Source: Candidatus Desulfosporosinus infrequens
GTDB lineage: Bacteria; Bacillota; Desulfitobacteriia; Desulfitobacteriales; Desulfitobacteriaceae
Direction of reading: 5' to 3'
Length of the DNA stretch: 64,000 nucleotides
Assembly: GCA_900290375.1 (NCBI GenBank)
Contig: OMOF01000445.1
Location: 12,009-76,008, forward strand
Shown: positions 1 to 9,439 of the stretch, one piece after another
Numbering within the stretch: the first letter of the stretch is position 1
Layout of the letters: each line of letters starts with the position of its first letter
Position numbers and translations under genes: made by a program
The notes under the pieces: generated by a model
The model's database searches: none
What the model was told of the DNA's origin: nothing
The model's input: only the letters and a program-made list of their open reading frames with translations

Positions 1-24
1 TCGCGTGGCTGATTAAGCGGATGT

Positions 25-1404
25 TTATTCTTTAGCACCTTCGCCACCCCCGTTTTCATCTACAATAGGTTCTTTTGTTTTGCCATCATCGTTATTTGGT
101 GCAGGAGGTTGCTTTGCTGTTTTTGACATATTAAGTTGGTAGTCGTTTTTGATATTCACATCCACGAAGTTTAGGGATTCTACTGTGCGTTCGCCGCCAA
201 CTTGAGGAGCATAACCAAACAATTCCCTGTACTCATTTATTGAGAAGATCCCCAACGGTCCTGCATATTGGAGAATTTGCGTTTTGGTCAAGTCGCTTGT
301 GTGCTCAATACGGTTAGCTGTAAAAATAATCTTGTTTCCAAACCCTCTTTGCCTGTCAGTGAATACCTTATAGGTAAATGCTTCAGAATACTGTTTCAGG
401 ATTGGTGATATAACAGAGTTAAACACAGCGTTGAACTCAGATTCGTTGTATTCGGAGAAAACGAATTTTGCATTGACATTGTAGTACCCAAATACTTGAC
501 GTTGTATGGCTTCCATCTGAGGTGCGTCCAGCAAGACCGCTTTACCGTCAATCGGCTTGAATTCCCCCATAGAATCGTCCGTGACAATAATCCCACCATT
601 GTTGTTAATGTCAAAAAACTTACTTAATAACTCATTTGCCTTAGCCTTTAAATCCGAGACTTTTAGAACACCCGGGAATTTCAAGCTACCACGAATATTT
701 GCAGGGGCATTTTCAACTGCCTTAATAATGCCGTTGTGGACGGTATTAACCAACTCTGTGAGTGGGCGTATTGCTTGGTCGTTGTAGCTTCCCATGAGAT
801 CATTTTCGAAATAATCACGCTTGATATGGATAATCTGCTCATATGGAACTATGATTTCTTCCCCGCCTCGGAAGTTGAATTTGACGAATAAGTTTCCTGT
901 TTCGTCGTCAGTTATGACTTCCTTCGATTCCATGTAGGTTACGAACGATGAATTGAGAGGGTAGAAACCTAACGTATTACCCATACTAGGGCCGGGGTTT
1001 TCGTCCTCCTTGAGGTATACCCAGCCGTTGTTATGGATAAGGAGGTTTGTCGTTAATTTAAAAAGGAACTCCGATGAGTTCATGTAAGGGTTGGGTTGGC
1101 CGCTCAGGAGGTTGGCTATGTTGCTATTCTGAGGGATTGTATCAGTAGCCGTGCTACCGTCTGCCCTTGTGCTGGTTACATATCGAATATGCTTCACGTC
1201 TGCCTTTGCTACATGCGTCGCTATGGCTCTTAGACACATGCGCATAAGGTAGTTGTAATAGATTGAGCCGTTGGTATTTGAGGCGACCGGGAGATACCCG
1301 TTGAGCGTTCTGAATTGACCGAATACTGGGGGGGATTGCTGTTGCTGGGGTTGGGTTTTCTTGGGGAACATGCCGGAGAACATGGAACGTATTTCTTTGA
1401 TCAT
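25..1404 (-). CDS. Phage portal protein (HK97 family)
   Basis: Motifs LL..QPNPYMNSSEF, IIHIKR, GIFSINEYRELFG; directly downstream of TerL; AAAGGAGGT RBS before ATG 1404. Confidence 0.92.
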   Translation of the reverse strand: MIKEIRSMFSGMFPKKTQPQQQQSPPVFGQFRTLNGYLPVASNTNGSIYYNYLMRMCLRAIATHVAKADVKHIRYVTSTRADGSTATDTIPQNSNIANLLSGQPNPYMNSSEFLFKLTTNLLIHNNGWVYLKEDENPGPSMGNTLGFYPLNSSFVTYMESKEVITDDETGNLFVKFNFRGGEEIIVPYEQIIHIKRDYFENDLMGSYNDQAIRPLTELVNTVHNGIIKAVENAPANIRGSLKFPGVLKVSDLKAKANELLSKFFDINNNGGIIVTDDSMGEFKPIDGKAVLLDAPQMEAIQRQVFGYYNVNAKFVFSEYNESEFNAVFNSVISPILKQYSEAFTYKVFTDRQRGFGNKIIFTANRIEHTSDLTKTQILQYAGPLGIFSINEYRELFGYAPQVGGERTVESLNFVDVNIKNDYQLNMSKTAKQPPAPNNDDGKTKEPIVDENGGGEGAKE

Positions 1405-1450
1405 TAGATGTGAACCACCTCCTTTCATGCATAGTCACGCTGGCTGTGAG

Positions 1451-1618
1451 CTAGTTACAAATTGGAGTTTTCTTTGAAGTTGGAACGCTAGTGATTTGCT
1501 GGCAAAGTAGAAGTATCGTTTTTGCTATATCGCAAGCAGCTTCGCCACTCACCTTACCTAATTCCTGAATTTTTTGAAGGTGCTCGATTTGTCCTTGAAT
1601 GATTTTTACATAGTCCAT
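1451..1618 (-). CDS. Small hypothetical protein (55 aa, MDYVKIIQGQIEHL...)
   Basis: Read manually; AGGAAGTAGGT RBS-like sequence; below the ORF-track length cutoff. Confidence 0.55.
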   Translation of the reverse strand: MDYVKIIQGQIEHLQKIQELGKVSGEAACDIAKTILLLCQQITSVPTSKKTPICN

Positions 1619-1677
1619 TATTATCTACCTACTTCCTTTTAATTTGGGCATAAAAAAATCACTCTATATGAGTGGTG

Positions 1678-3378
1678 TTAAATTAAACTGTCGAATATCT
1701 CTTTTTTCCTCAAGTAAACCGTATACGCATCCAGGAGACTAAGTGCCCCATCAATGAATCCTTTTGACTTGACCTTAACTGGGGTTATATTAGCGTTTCG
1801 GTCAGTTTCGACAGCTAAATTGCACAAGCAAAATTCGAGCATTGGGTTTTTATTGTAGTTAATTCTCTTCATTCCAAAGTCTGCACCCATGTCTTTCAAC
1901 GGCCTATTTAACGTCTTCCCACCTTGAATAACCTTGGCATCCTCCTTGACCATCGCACTCCCAAAGCCCTCATTTTCCATTTCCTTAATCCAGTATTCGG
2001 AATTCCAAAAATCATATCCTATGGTTTGGATATACAAGTTATAATCATCACGCATATCCACGAACCAACTTGTTACATATGAATAATCAACTCTATTTCC
2101 CGGTGTCAGCGTGAGTAATCCGCGATCTATCCAAGCCTGATAAACAACTTGCTTGGCAGGTGGTGCGTTAATGAACGTTTCGGATGGCATCCAATACATT
2201 TGGTGGCAGAGGAATTTATTTTCTAGCCTCGGAAATAATAACGTCGCGCTCGTTAAGTCAGTCGTGCTACTAAGATCAACCCCTCCGACACAGTAAAGTC
2301 CTTTGATTTCTTCAAGCTCAAATGTTTCCTCATTCCGAATTGTACTGTATTCAAGGAACGCATTACTCAGCGTACCAATGACGTTAAAGTCTTTAGTCAA
2401 GACAGTATTCTTAAAAGTTCGGTCAACCGCCGCTTTCCTAACGTTTTCCCTCAGCGTTTTGACAACTTTAATAGTTCCAAGCCCAGGGTTCGCCTTTACC
2501 CAAACTGATTCATTCTTGAAATCGTCATCCTTGTCCAGTATATAAAGCAAAGGTAGAAAATGTTCGTCCTCGTAACCCTCTATCCCGTTTATTACATTAA
2601 CCGCATATTCGAACTGGAAGTCAAAGATACTCTCACGAATGAATCCGGCAGTCGTTATGCACCACATTAACGGTTGATCCCTAGTGCCGAAAGACTGTTT
2701 CATTACGTCATAGAGTTCTCTTGTACGCATTCCATGTAATTCGTCCATAAGACAAACGTGTGTATTCAATCCGTCTAGACTATTTCCATCACTGGATAAT
2801 GGCTCAAACTTACTAAATGTCGCGGGGAAGCTTAGGTCAGTTCGACGCTTTTTGATGTGCTTTTGAAGAGAGGTTGATTGCCTGACGATGTTCGTTGCTT
2901 CCGCAAAGATGATTTTTGACTGATCGAGCTTCGTGGCTACGCTGTAAACCTCACTGCCGCCTTCGCCATCCCCGACAAGCCCATACAATCCAAGCGCTGC
3001 CGCCAGACTACTCTTACCGTTCTTGCGACCAACTAGTAGTAATACTTCTGTATATTTCCTAAGACCTTCTGAATTAACAAACCCATAAACCAATTGGAGC
3101 ATTGCCTTTTCCCACAAATCCAGCACAAATGGCTTCCCTATCCACTTCCCTTTACTCTGCTTGCATAACGTTTCAACGAAGTCAATCGGCTTAGTGCCCT
3201 TCTTAATATCGAAGTGGTACTCGCCTGGATTGCTCAAGTCATCGACTATCTTTTCATAGGCTTTCTTAACATAAATACATGCTACTATTTCGCCTGATTG
3301 GATTTTATCGTTGTATTCTGTGATGTAGTTAACAAAAGGCTCACTGAGCGTAGCGTTGGAGGAATTCGAGCAAGTCAT
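1678..3378 (-). CDS. terL: Terminase large subunit (Terminase_1, cos/HK97-like)
   Basis: Walker A GRKNGKS, Walker B CLMDELH, coupling motif ITTAG, nuclease GGVDLSSTTDLT and C-terminal IDG; GGAGG RBS before ATG 3378. Confidence 0.95.
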   Translation of the reverse strand: MTCSNSSNATLSEPFVNYITEYNDKIQSGEIVACIYVKKAYEKIVDDLSNPGEYHFDIKKGTKPIDFVETLCKQSKGKWIGKPFVLDLWEKAMLQLVYGFVNSEGLRKYTEVLLLVGRKNGKSSLAAALGLYGLVGDGEGGSEVYSVATKLDQSKIIFAEATNIVRQSTSLQKHIKKRRTDLSFPATFSKFEPLSSDGNSLDGLNTHVCLMDELHGMRTRELYDVMKQSFGTRDQPLMWCITTAGFIRESIFDFQFEYAVNVINGIEGYEDEHFLPLLYILDKDDDFKNESVWVKANPGLGTIKVVKTLRENVRKAAVDRTFKNTVLTKDFNVIGTLSNAFLEYSTIRNEETFELEEIKGLYCVGGVDLSSTTDLTSATLLFPRLENKFLCHQMYWMPSETFINAPPAKQVVYQAWIDRGLLTLTPGNRVDYSYVTSWFVDMRDDYNLYIQTIGYDFWNSEYWIKEMENEGFGSAMVKEDAKVIQGGKTLNRPLKDMGADFGMKRINYNKNPMLEFCLCNLAVETDRNANITPVKVKSKGFIDGALSLLDAYTVYLRKKEIFDSLI

Positions 3379-3637
3379 CTTTAGTTTCCTCCCCTTTCGC
3401 ATCAGGTAACATCTTAAGTAGCTTATCCACTAAATTAGCATAAGCCCTAGTCCCGGAGTAGTACATGGTCACGTCTTTAGCCTTTGCTGTGCCGCCGTTT
3501 ATTTTGGCACTAAGCTTTTTGATGATAATGTTTATGTCTGCCATTTGAGCTATGAAGTCGCGGGCTATGTTGCGTTGTTCAGGTTGGATTAGGGATAGGA
3601 GATCGTCGAGGGGGTTGAGTTCGATTGTTGGTTCCAT
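3341..3637 (-). CDS. Probable cognate terminase small subunit
   Basis: 98 aa, overlaps TerL start, ends with ...LLKMLP...DDLLEFL typical of small TerS of cos phages. Confidence 0.65.
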   Translation of the reverse strand: MEPTIELNPLDDLLSLIQPEQRNIARDFIAQMADINIIIKKLSAKINGGTAKAKDVTMYYSGTRAYANLVDKLLKMLPDAKGEETKDDLLEFLQRYAQ

Positions 3638-3723
3638 ATTTTAGCCTCCGTATAAAACCAAAAAAGGCGGCTACCAACACATTCCGTTATGGAGTGCATT
3701 GATAACCGCCTTTTGCAGGTAGG

Positions 3724-3975
3724 TTATGTTATTAAATTAAATGTTGATTTGAATTTGCACCACGCAGGAGCCTTGGTCATTAACCCTAATTCGCTAATAA
3801 CTCTGGCCTTACCGCTCTCTCCCACTTTGCCTATCATGGCATCACTGAAGCTTTCATACGTGGTTGATGCCCATATAATCGTCCTGCCTCTTTTGCTTTC
3901 GAAAAAACACTTAGCGCGCCACGTTTTGCGATCGTCCTCTGAGATTGTGTTATACTCACAACCAATACAACTCAA
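3724..3975 (-). CDS. Hypothetical Cys-containing protein
   Basis: CxxC start and P.WC end; RBS GAGGATG. Confidence 0.5.
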   Translation of the reverse strand: MSCIGCEYNTISEDDRKTWRAKCFFESKRGRTIIWASTTYESFSDAMIGKVGESGKARVISELGLMTKAPAWCKFKSTFNLIT

Positions 3976-4137
3976 ATATCATCATCCTCTCGTTTTCGAG
4001 TCGTTAAATCTTCTCCTTAACAGTCGTCTCTACCGTCTTAACTTTTCCGTCATGACAGACAATCTTGACTTCTCCATAGTCGGGGAGTGTGATCGTTTTA
4101 TCCTTGCCGTCGTGGGATAGTGTGATTTTGTTTTGCA

Positions 4138-5010
4138 TTAGTTACCTCCGTTGGGTGATTTCCACAAGTCTCGTTCACGGCACAAAGGACATCTACTCAA
4201 GCCGTTATCTTCTTTGCTCTTGCAATTATAGCAGGTTATTGGTCGCCATCTGCTGTATTTAAAGCACCTCAACCCATCGCAACTTTCGCCGATTGCTTCG
4301 GCACAATTCTGACATGACTTTTCTTTTACTTTTATTTCGATTGGCTCCCATTTATTGAGATTGGTACATTTGTAATATTGTCGGCAACACCCCTCCTCAA
4401 CATTTCTGCAAGTGGTACAGCCCTTCGCTTGTTTCTCTTCACTGGGCTCACTGCTTGCCCCCATTTTAATTAGTGCTTGTCCGAGTTCGAGGGCTTCTTG
4501 TGGGGTTAATTTTTGATTAAGCACGTAGTACGTGCCATGCATCTGAACACGAACGCTGTCAATGCACCCACGGTCAACCTTCAGTGTCATATCATCTTTA
4601 GTTATCTCGACATTTTCTATCTCGCCATCCTCATCATTGGCATTGTAGATGGCGTTTATTTGTTCCATGCACTCATTAAAGGTAATAGCTCCACTATAAA
4701 GAAATGCCAGCCATTTAGACGCTTGTCCTTCTTTATCCACTGGCTTATATGTAATTTTAACGTTGGACATTTTGGGTTCCTCCTCTAACTTCTTTATTGC
4801 TAACTTAAGTTCTTCGAGTACGATTTCAATTCCGTCAAGTGGGTGATGTTTATCGAAAACATGATAACAACCGTCTGGAAGTCTTTTGTATCTATTTGCC
4901 TTTTTCCGCTTTTCGCTCAAGACTTTTATTAACTTCTCTATTCCGAAGCAAATACAGGTTAGAGACGTGATCGTTATTATGCAAAATGCCAAGGTTAGCA
5001 TTAGTTGCAA
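4138..5010 (-). CDS. Hypothetical protein, N-terminal TM helix and Cys-rich C-terminal repeats
   Basis: Hydrophobic N-terminus; three CxxC...C...C...W repeats. Confidence 0.6.
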   Translation of the reverse strand: MQLMLTLAFCIITITSLTCICFGIEKLIKVLSEKRKKANRYKRLPDGCYHVFDKHHPLDGIEIVLEELKLAIKKLEEEPKMSNVKITYKPVDKEGQASKWLAFLYSGAITFNECMEQINAIYNANDEDGEIENVEITKDDMTLKVDRGCIDSVRVQMHGTYYVLNQKLTPQEALELGQALIKMGASSEPSEEKQAKGCTTCRNVEEGCCRQYYKCTNLNKWEPIEIKVKEKSCQNCAEAIGESCDGLRCFKYSRWRPITCYNCKSKEDNGLSRCPLCRERDLWKSPNGGN

Positions 5011-5333
5011 CCCTCCGATTCCTGCACTATCTCTACTCGCTTATCACAAATAGGACAGTGAATAGTCGGTCTGCCAACAAGCTTCCTGCTTATGTAAAGT
5101 TCAATCTTGCCACACCTTGGGCAGTCGCCGTATGTCATAATTCTAGGGTTTTTGACGCTTCCGTGGCCTACAGTTGGGATTAGTTGGCCTTCGTTTTTAG
5201 CTTTACACTTCTCCTTAGATCTATTTATGAAAATTATCATTGCCCACGAAAAGGCAACGCAAGATGCCATAAGAAGTATCCACGCAATCTCAAGAAAGAA
5301 GTTTGCTATCTGCTGGTTCATGCCGCACCTCAC
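5001..5333 (-). CDS. Hypothetical membrane protein with zinc ribbon
   Basis: TM segment, CPRC...CPIC; coupled to neighbouring genes. Confidence 0.55.
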   Translation of the reverse strand: MRCGMNQQIANFFLEIAWILLMASCVAFSWAMIIFINRSKEKCKAKNEGQLIPTVGHGSVKNPRIMTYGDCPRCGKIELYISRKLVGRPTIHCPICDKRVEIVQESEGCN

Positions 5334-5851
5334 TTCGACTTCAATAACCTAAACTTCTGTTTCGCATATTCAGGGATGAAATTATCTAAATCCTTTTGAA
5401 ACAATAGGTAGAGATTGAGTGACAATCTATTCGACGAAAAGAAGTAGATCGGATTGAAGTACCATTGAGTGATTACATCATCACCAATCTTTACCTCGAT
5501 CTTAGCCATAATTCTTTTCTTAACCATCCTATTAAGGAATAAAACAGTATGTCTTTCGGTATCTCGGATTACGTTTGCCATTTGCGGTATGTCCATTGCC
5601 TTTATGCCACCATTGCCACGGTAGCCGATCATATTAGTTGTCGAGTAAACTTTCTTACTTAACAAAAACAGATTAGCTATATCAGACTTGGTTATTTCGT
5701 TTGGCAATTCTACATCCTGAAACGTTTTGACGAAACTGCTTTTATTCCAAAAGAGATAACCTTTTTCTTCGTCGAACATATCTTTGAAGTATGTCTTCTT
5801 TGTGCTCACAACGTTACCATGGTCATCTGTTATTTCGGTCGCCCTTATCAT
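5330..5851 (-). CDS. RepL-like winged-helix protein
   Basis: HTH-like MDIPQMANVI...FLNRM and WYFNPIYF motif seen in Firmicutes RepL-type proteins; GAGGTGA RBS. Confidence 0.5.
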   Translation of the reverse strand: MIRATEITDDHGNVVSTKKTYFKDMFDEEKGYLFWNKSSFVKTFQDVELPNEITKSDIANLFLLSKKVYSTTNMIGYRGNGGIKAMDIPQMANVIRDTERHTVLFLNRMVKKRIMAKIEVKIGDDVITQWYFNPIYFFSSNRLSLNLYLLFQKDLDNFIPEYAKQKFRLLKSK

Positions 5852-6012
5852 CGAATCACCTCTAAAATCGTGGGTACATTTAAGGCGTTCTATGTACCTG
5901 TAAAATTTGACTACCTAAAATGCTGAAACCCTTGGTATAAGCGACTTTAAGGGTTCTGGATTAAGTAAATCATGCAAACTCACATATATTATATACGTGT
6001 GAATCTGCATGA

Positions 6013-6321
6013 TTAGAGTTGTTTTGCGTCTACCTTCTCCACCCAAACTATATCCCCATTAGCATCGAACTTCAGCTCATCATCATGCCTAGCTCTAGTT
6101 TGTTCGTGGCACTTCCTGCATAGGAGTTCGAGGTTATTCCAGCTATAGCACTTCTCAGGGTTGTTAACGGTGTCCCATGCTGTTATAGGGTCCTTGTGGT
6201 GGACTTCTTCGCCTTTGGATCCGCATTGCTCACAGAGACCGAACTTAGAGGCAAAGAAAGCTTTGCGGCATTTGATCCAGGCGCTTCGTCCGTAGAATAG
6301 TTTGAGTTGGCCTTGACTCAT
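6013..6321 (-). CDS. HNH endonuclease (packaging-associated, gp74-like)
   Basis: FY..SAW..CR, CEQC, EVHH, NLELLCRKCH, FDANG. Confidence 0.9.
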   Translation of the reverse strand: MSQGQLKLFYGRSAWIKCRKAFFASKFGLCEQCGSKGEEVHHKDPITAWDTVNNPEKCYSWNNLELLCRKCHEQTRARHDDELKFDANGDIVWVEKVDAKQL

Positions 6322-6911
6322 TGGGTATCGTTTGCGATATCAACCGCATAGGGGAGTATCATTACCTTTAAGTTGGGGCATTGGGATTGTAGATCGTTGC
6401 GCAGCCTTTCTATATCGTCACAACGTAGTAATGCACCAAGTTTCAGGACTAATGTATCGCTATTCATGATAGTAGCGGTGCTAATGATATAATTAGTCTG
6501 AAAACTCATCTTTTTGTTAATCTCTTCAAGCATCGATTTCACATCTCGCTCAGAGTATTCCTTTTCTCTACGCCATGTTACGGTTATTGCGTCGTTGCTT
6601 TCTTGTACTTGGACATTATAAGTTGGTGTAGATTCCGCAAGGCCAAGTAAGTCAAATCGGTTTGAGTAGCCCCTGTATATCATACTTCTAGTCATAAAGT
6701 CGTTCTCAACGGCTACGACAAGAACATCCCTAAGTACCTCAACTACTCCTTCTGGATTAGATTGCAAAAGGTCTTGGCTTATAGAGAATGTTCCTCTTCT
6801 GTCGAGCAGGACGCTTTCTTTGCGCTTGTTTTGGCAGAAAACGTTTTTACCTAAGTTACCCATTTTCCTCACTCCTTCTTGTTCGGTTAGGTCATCGTCT
6901 CTAGTGTTCAT
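6318..6911 (-). CDS. Hypothetical protein
   Basis: 197 aa ORF coupled to HNH; AAGGTGG RBS. Confidence 0.6.
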   Translation of the reverse strand: MNTRDDDLTEQEGVRKMGNLGKNVFCQNKRKESVLLDRRGTFSISQDLLQSNPEGVVEVLRDVLVVAVENDFMTRSMIYRGYSNRFDLLGLAESTPTYNVQVQESNDAITVTWRREKEYSERDVKSMLEEINKKMSFQTNYIISTATIMNSDTLVLKLGALLRCDDIERLRNDLQSQCPNLKVMILPYAVDIANDTQ

Positions 6912-7222
6912 GCAATTACCACCTTTTACCTATACTTACGAGAACATAAAATTACTTACCAAGTTTTTGCCGAATTTCTGGGGTGAAATCAAAAAACACC
7001 ACTCAGTATCACGAGCCTTTGGTACACGGCAGATGGTTTAACCCCCTGGTATAGGGGTTGGGGGGTGCCTTTATCCCCTCTTTTATACCAGTTTTCGACA
7101 TAGTTGGGGCATCAATCCGGCATTTAACAACTTCCAGCGCTTGGTTAGCGCATCCGGCTGGCTATTCACCGCCTAAGTTATTCTTAGCCTCACATCTCAC
7201 CCCTGCCTCAGAAGTCTCCTGC

Positions 7223-8122
7223 CTAGATACTATCCTCAGCAGCCTTGCGCCGGATCTCTAAGTCAGCCTCATTAACTGCGGTCCTGCGCTCTGCAAGTTT
7301 AAGATTAGCGTCATCAACTTTGCGCCGATGCTGATCCGGAGTGAGGTCAAAGAAGTCCGCCAGCCGGTCAAGTGCCTTATGCTTGTCGTGGAACTTAATA
7401 GAGATACCATCCTTAGTCTGCCGAATCTCCTGCACCATCGAAGTGTCCACCTGGTCGCTGTTTTTGATCCTAACGAAGTTGACATCCTGCACCTGGTACT
7501 GACCGTCCGGGCCGACTACGCGCTGGCCGTCGAGATATACCCAATCCTGAGTGGTCCCGAACTCAAAGAAGTCTCCAGGATCGGACATTGCTATTTTTTC
7601 GTAGACCTCCAGTACATCGCGCTTGGTAAGAAAGATGTCCTGAGCTATATCACCTTTCAGCCGCCGGATCTCTGCCGCAACCTTAACGTCTCTTAACATC
7701 CGGCTGCCCTGGACATGTGCGCCGGCCTTTGGACACCCTGCTTTTATTGCGGCCATCGTTGCGTTGTGATCCTTGACAAAGTGTAGCGCGAATAGCTGCT
7801 GCTTTTCTGTGAGCGGCGAACTCTCTACTATATAATGCGTCTCGCTCCCGGCTGCTTCTTCCGGCCGTTTCTTTCCCTGGTCCGTTGCCGCTTTCTTCCG
7901 GCCGGACTTCTTGTCCGTTGCAACGCTCTTCTTTTGCGTTGCATTGCGTTGCTTGCCTTGCGTTGCGTTCTGCGTTGCATCGTTGGCCGCTTCTGCTTTG
8001 GCCCAGTTCTCTCTGTTCTTCCGGCTGCGGATCGTGCCCGCGCTGATTCCGTGTTTTGCTGCAAGGTCCCGAAGCGTAATCTCTGTCGTCTCGTATTCTG
8101 CGCGTATTACTAGCCAATCCAT
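7223..8122 (-). CDS. Second terminase small subunit (Terminase_2, pac type, N-terminal HTH)
   Basis: N-terminal HTH (LAAKHGISAGTIRSRKNRENW), LTEKQQLF...NATMAAIKAG...GSRML, IKFHDKHKALDRL. Confidence 0.85.
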   Translation of the reverse strand: MDWLVIRAEYETTEITLRDLAAKHGISAGTIRSRKNRENWAKAEAANDATQNATQGKQRNATQKKSVATDKKSGRKKAATDQGKKRPEEAAGSETHYIVESSPLTEKQQLFALHFVKDHNATMAAIKAGCPKAGAHVQGSRMLRDVKVAAEIRRLKGDIAQDIFLTKRDVLEVYEKIAMSDPGDFFEFGTTQDWVYLDGQRVVGPDGQYQVQDVNFVRIKNSDQVDTSMVQEIRQTKDGISIKFHDKHKALDRLADFFDLTPDQHRRKVDDANLKLAERRTAVNEADLEIRRKAAEDSI

Positions 8123-8165
8123 TTACATTTTCACAACCCTCCCTACATGTTTGCTACTATATATC

Positions 8166-8194
8166 TTGCATATGTCTTGACACCATGATATAAT
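8166..8194 (+). promoter_or_regulatory. SigA promoter of the early island with palindromic operator
   Basis: TTGCAT-17-TATAAT with extended TG; operator TATGTCTTG-acac-CATGATATA overlaps the spacer. Confidence 0.75.
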
Positions 8195-8228
8195 AAGTTA
8201 AGATCTAATTTTGAAGGAGGTAAACGGC

Positions 8229-8624
8229 ATGACAAAGCTCGAAATTGCTAAAAACATTAATGCCATCAAGGATTTAGGCCGCATTATTGCAACGAATTGG
8301 GAGATGGACTTTGTTGAAGGAGGAATCTATGACAATAAGGGCAATGTCGAAAGCTGGACTGACCGTGATAATTCAAAAGTGGCCTTTAAGCCCGAAAGCA
8401 CCGGCACGATAACTTATGTCCTTCAATGCAATAAAGTCCCCTGTCACGTAGTAGACTACACTAGCACTGATGAAACTCGCGCCCTTGGCGCTACTGGCTG
8501 TGAAGATGAAGCTGAATGCCTGGTATTACCTGAAACAAAAATGATAATTACCTACGTTTCCACTGAAGATGATTTCAACGAAATGGGATATTACTTAGTG
8601 GAAATGGAGATTGTCAATGAGTAA
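8229..8624 (+). CDS. Putative minimal ADP-ribosyltransferase (R-S-E type)
   Basis: GRII strand, ESWT...VAF, E-A-E (DEAECLVLPETKMII); AAGGAGG RBS. Confidence 0.5.
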   Translation: MTKLEIAKNINAIKDLGRIIATNWEMDFVEGGIYDNKGNVESWTDRDNSKVAFKPESTGTITYVLQCNKVPCHVVDYTSTDETRALGATGCEDEAECLVLPETKMIITYVSTEDDFNEMGYYLVEMEIVNE

Positions 8625-9222
8625 TCGCCATGGACACCCCCTTACTTCTGAACAAAAGGGAGCGAGGGAGATTGAATATCGGAAAATGGCATTGGAATTT
8701 CATAAAGAAACAGGACGTTCGCCCCGGATGGCAGACTTACCTTTTCCTTATAAAATCTTTAAGGTTCACGACACGTGGAATGCATTTCTTGAAGATTGCG
8801 GGCTAGAGGTTAACCGTTTAACCACGGACGTTGAGAAATATTCTTTAATATTCGATTACAAGGAATTAGCTAAAAACTTAGAACGGACTCCTTACGCATT
8901 AGAATTTTATAAAAAATTTGGTTGCCAATACGCAGTCCGCAAATTATTTGGATCATGGAATGCATTTGTTAAAGCTTGTGATCTTAAATTAAATAGATTC
9001 ACAGGAGCAGAAAAAGAAGAACTTGTGGAACGCGTCTTGAAATTAGCTAAGAAATTAGGTAAAACACCTACAACTCGTGAATTTAATGCACACGCAAAGA
9101 AAAGTAATCTATGCACGACGATGGTTATATGTCGGTATTTCGGAACATGGACGGAATGCCTTGAGTTTTGCGGGTTAGAGCCTAACCAAAATAAAAATTT
9201 TAAGCGTAGAAAGAAGGATTAG
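8617..9222 (+). CDS. Homing-endonuclease-associated-repeat DNA-binding protein
   Basis: Three repeats of L.(R/K)TP...EF...FG(S/T)WN...CGL; no nuclease domain seen. Confidence 0.8.
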   Translation: MSNRHGHPLTSEQKGAREIEYRKMALEFHKETGRSPRMADLPFPYKIFKVHDTWNAFLEDCGLEVNRLTTDVEKYSLIFDYKELAKNLERTPYALEFYKKFGCQYAVRKLFGSWNAFVKACDLKLNRFTGAEKEELVERVLKLAKKLGKTPTTREFNAHAKKSNLCTTMVICRYFGTWTECLEFCGLEPNQNKNFKRRKKD

Positions 9223-9224
9223 CG

Positions 9225-9389
9225 ATGGCAGAAACAACAACCGACGACCGCGAACGCATGACACTACGCATCCCCCAGGACATTTGGCGCATGATCAAAA
9301 TGGACCTGATTGACAAAAAAGAAAAGTCGGCCAATGAGCTTATCACAAACTTAATATATGAGCACTACAAAGTACCCCGGCCGCAATAG
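9225..9389 (+). CDS. Ribbon-helix-helix regulator (54 aa, Arc-like)
   Basis: Read manually: MAETTTDDRERMTLRIPQDIWRMIK...SANELITNLI; AAGGA RBS. Confidence 0.7.
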   Translation: MAETTTDDRERMTLRIPQDIWRMIKMDLIDKKEKSANELITNLIYEHYKVPRPQ

Positions 9390-9404
9390 CTGGGGGTTTT
9401 CTTT
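9374..9404 (+). terminator. Intrinsic terminator
   Basis: CCCCGGC/GCTGGGG hairpin followed by TTTTCTTT. Confidence 0.65.
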
Positions 9405-9439
9405 ACCTAAAAATACTTAATATTTATTGTCTTAATGCC

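Noticed and set aside
7258-8180. Several overlapping ORFs on both strands inside the pac-type terS
   Set aside because: Shadow frames of GC-rich repetitive coding DNA, with no RBS or motifs
8465-8480. Hammerhead core CTGATGA...GAAA
   Set aside because: Lies inside a coding region with no stem II or flanking helices
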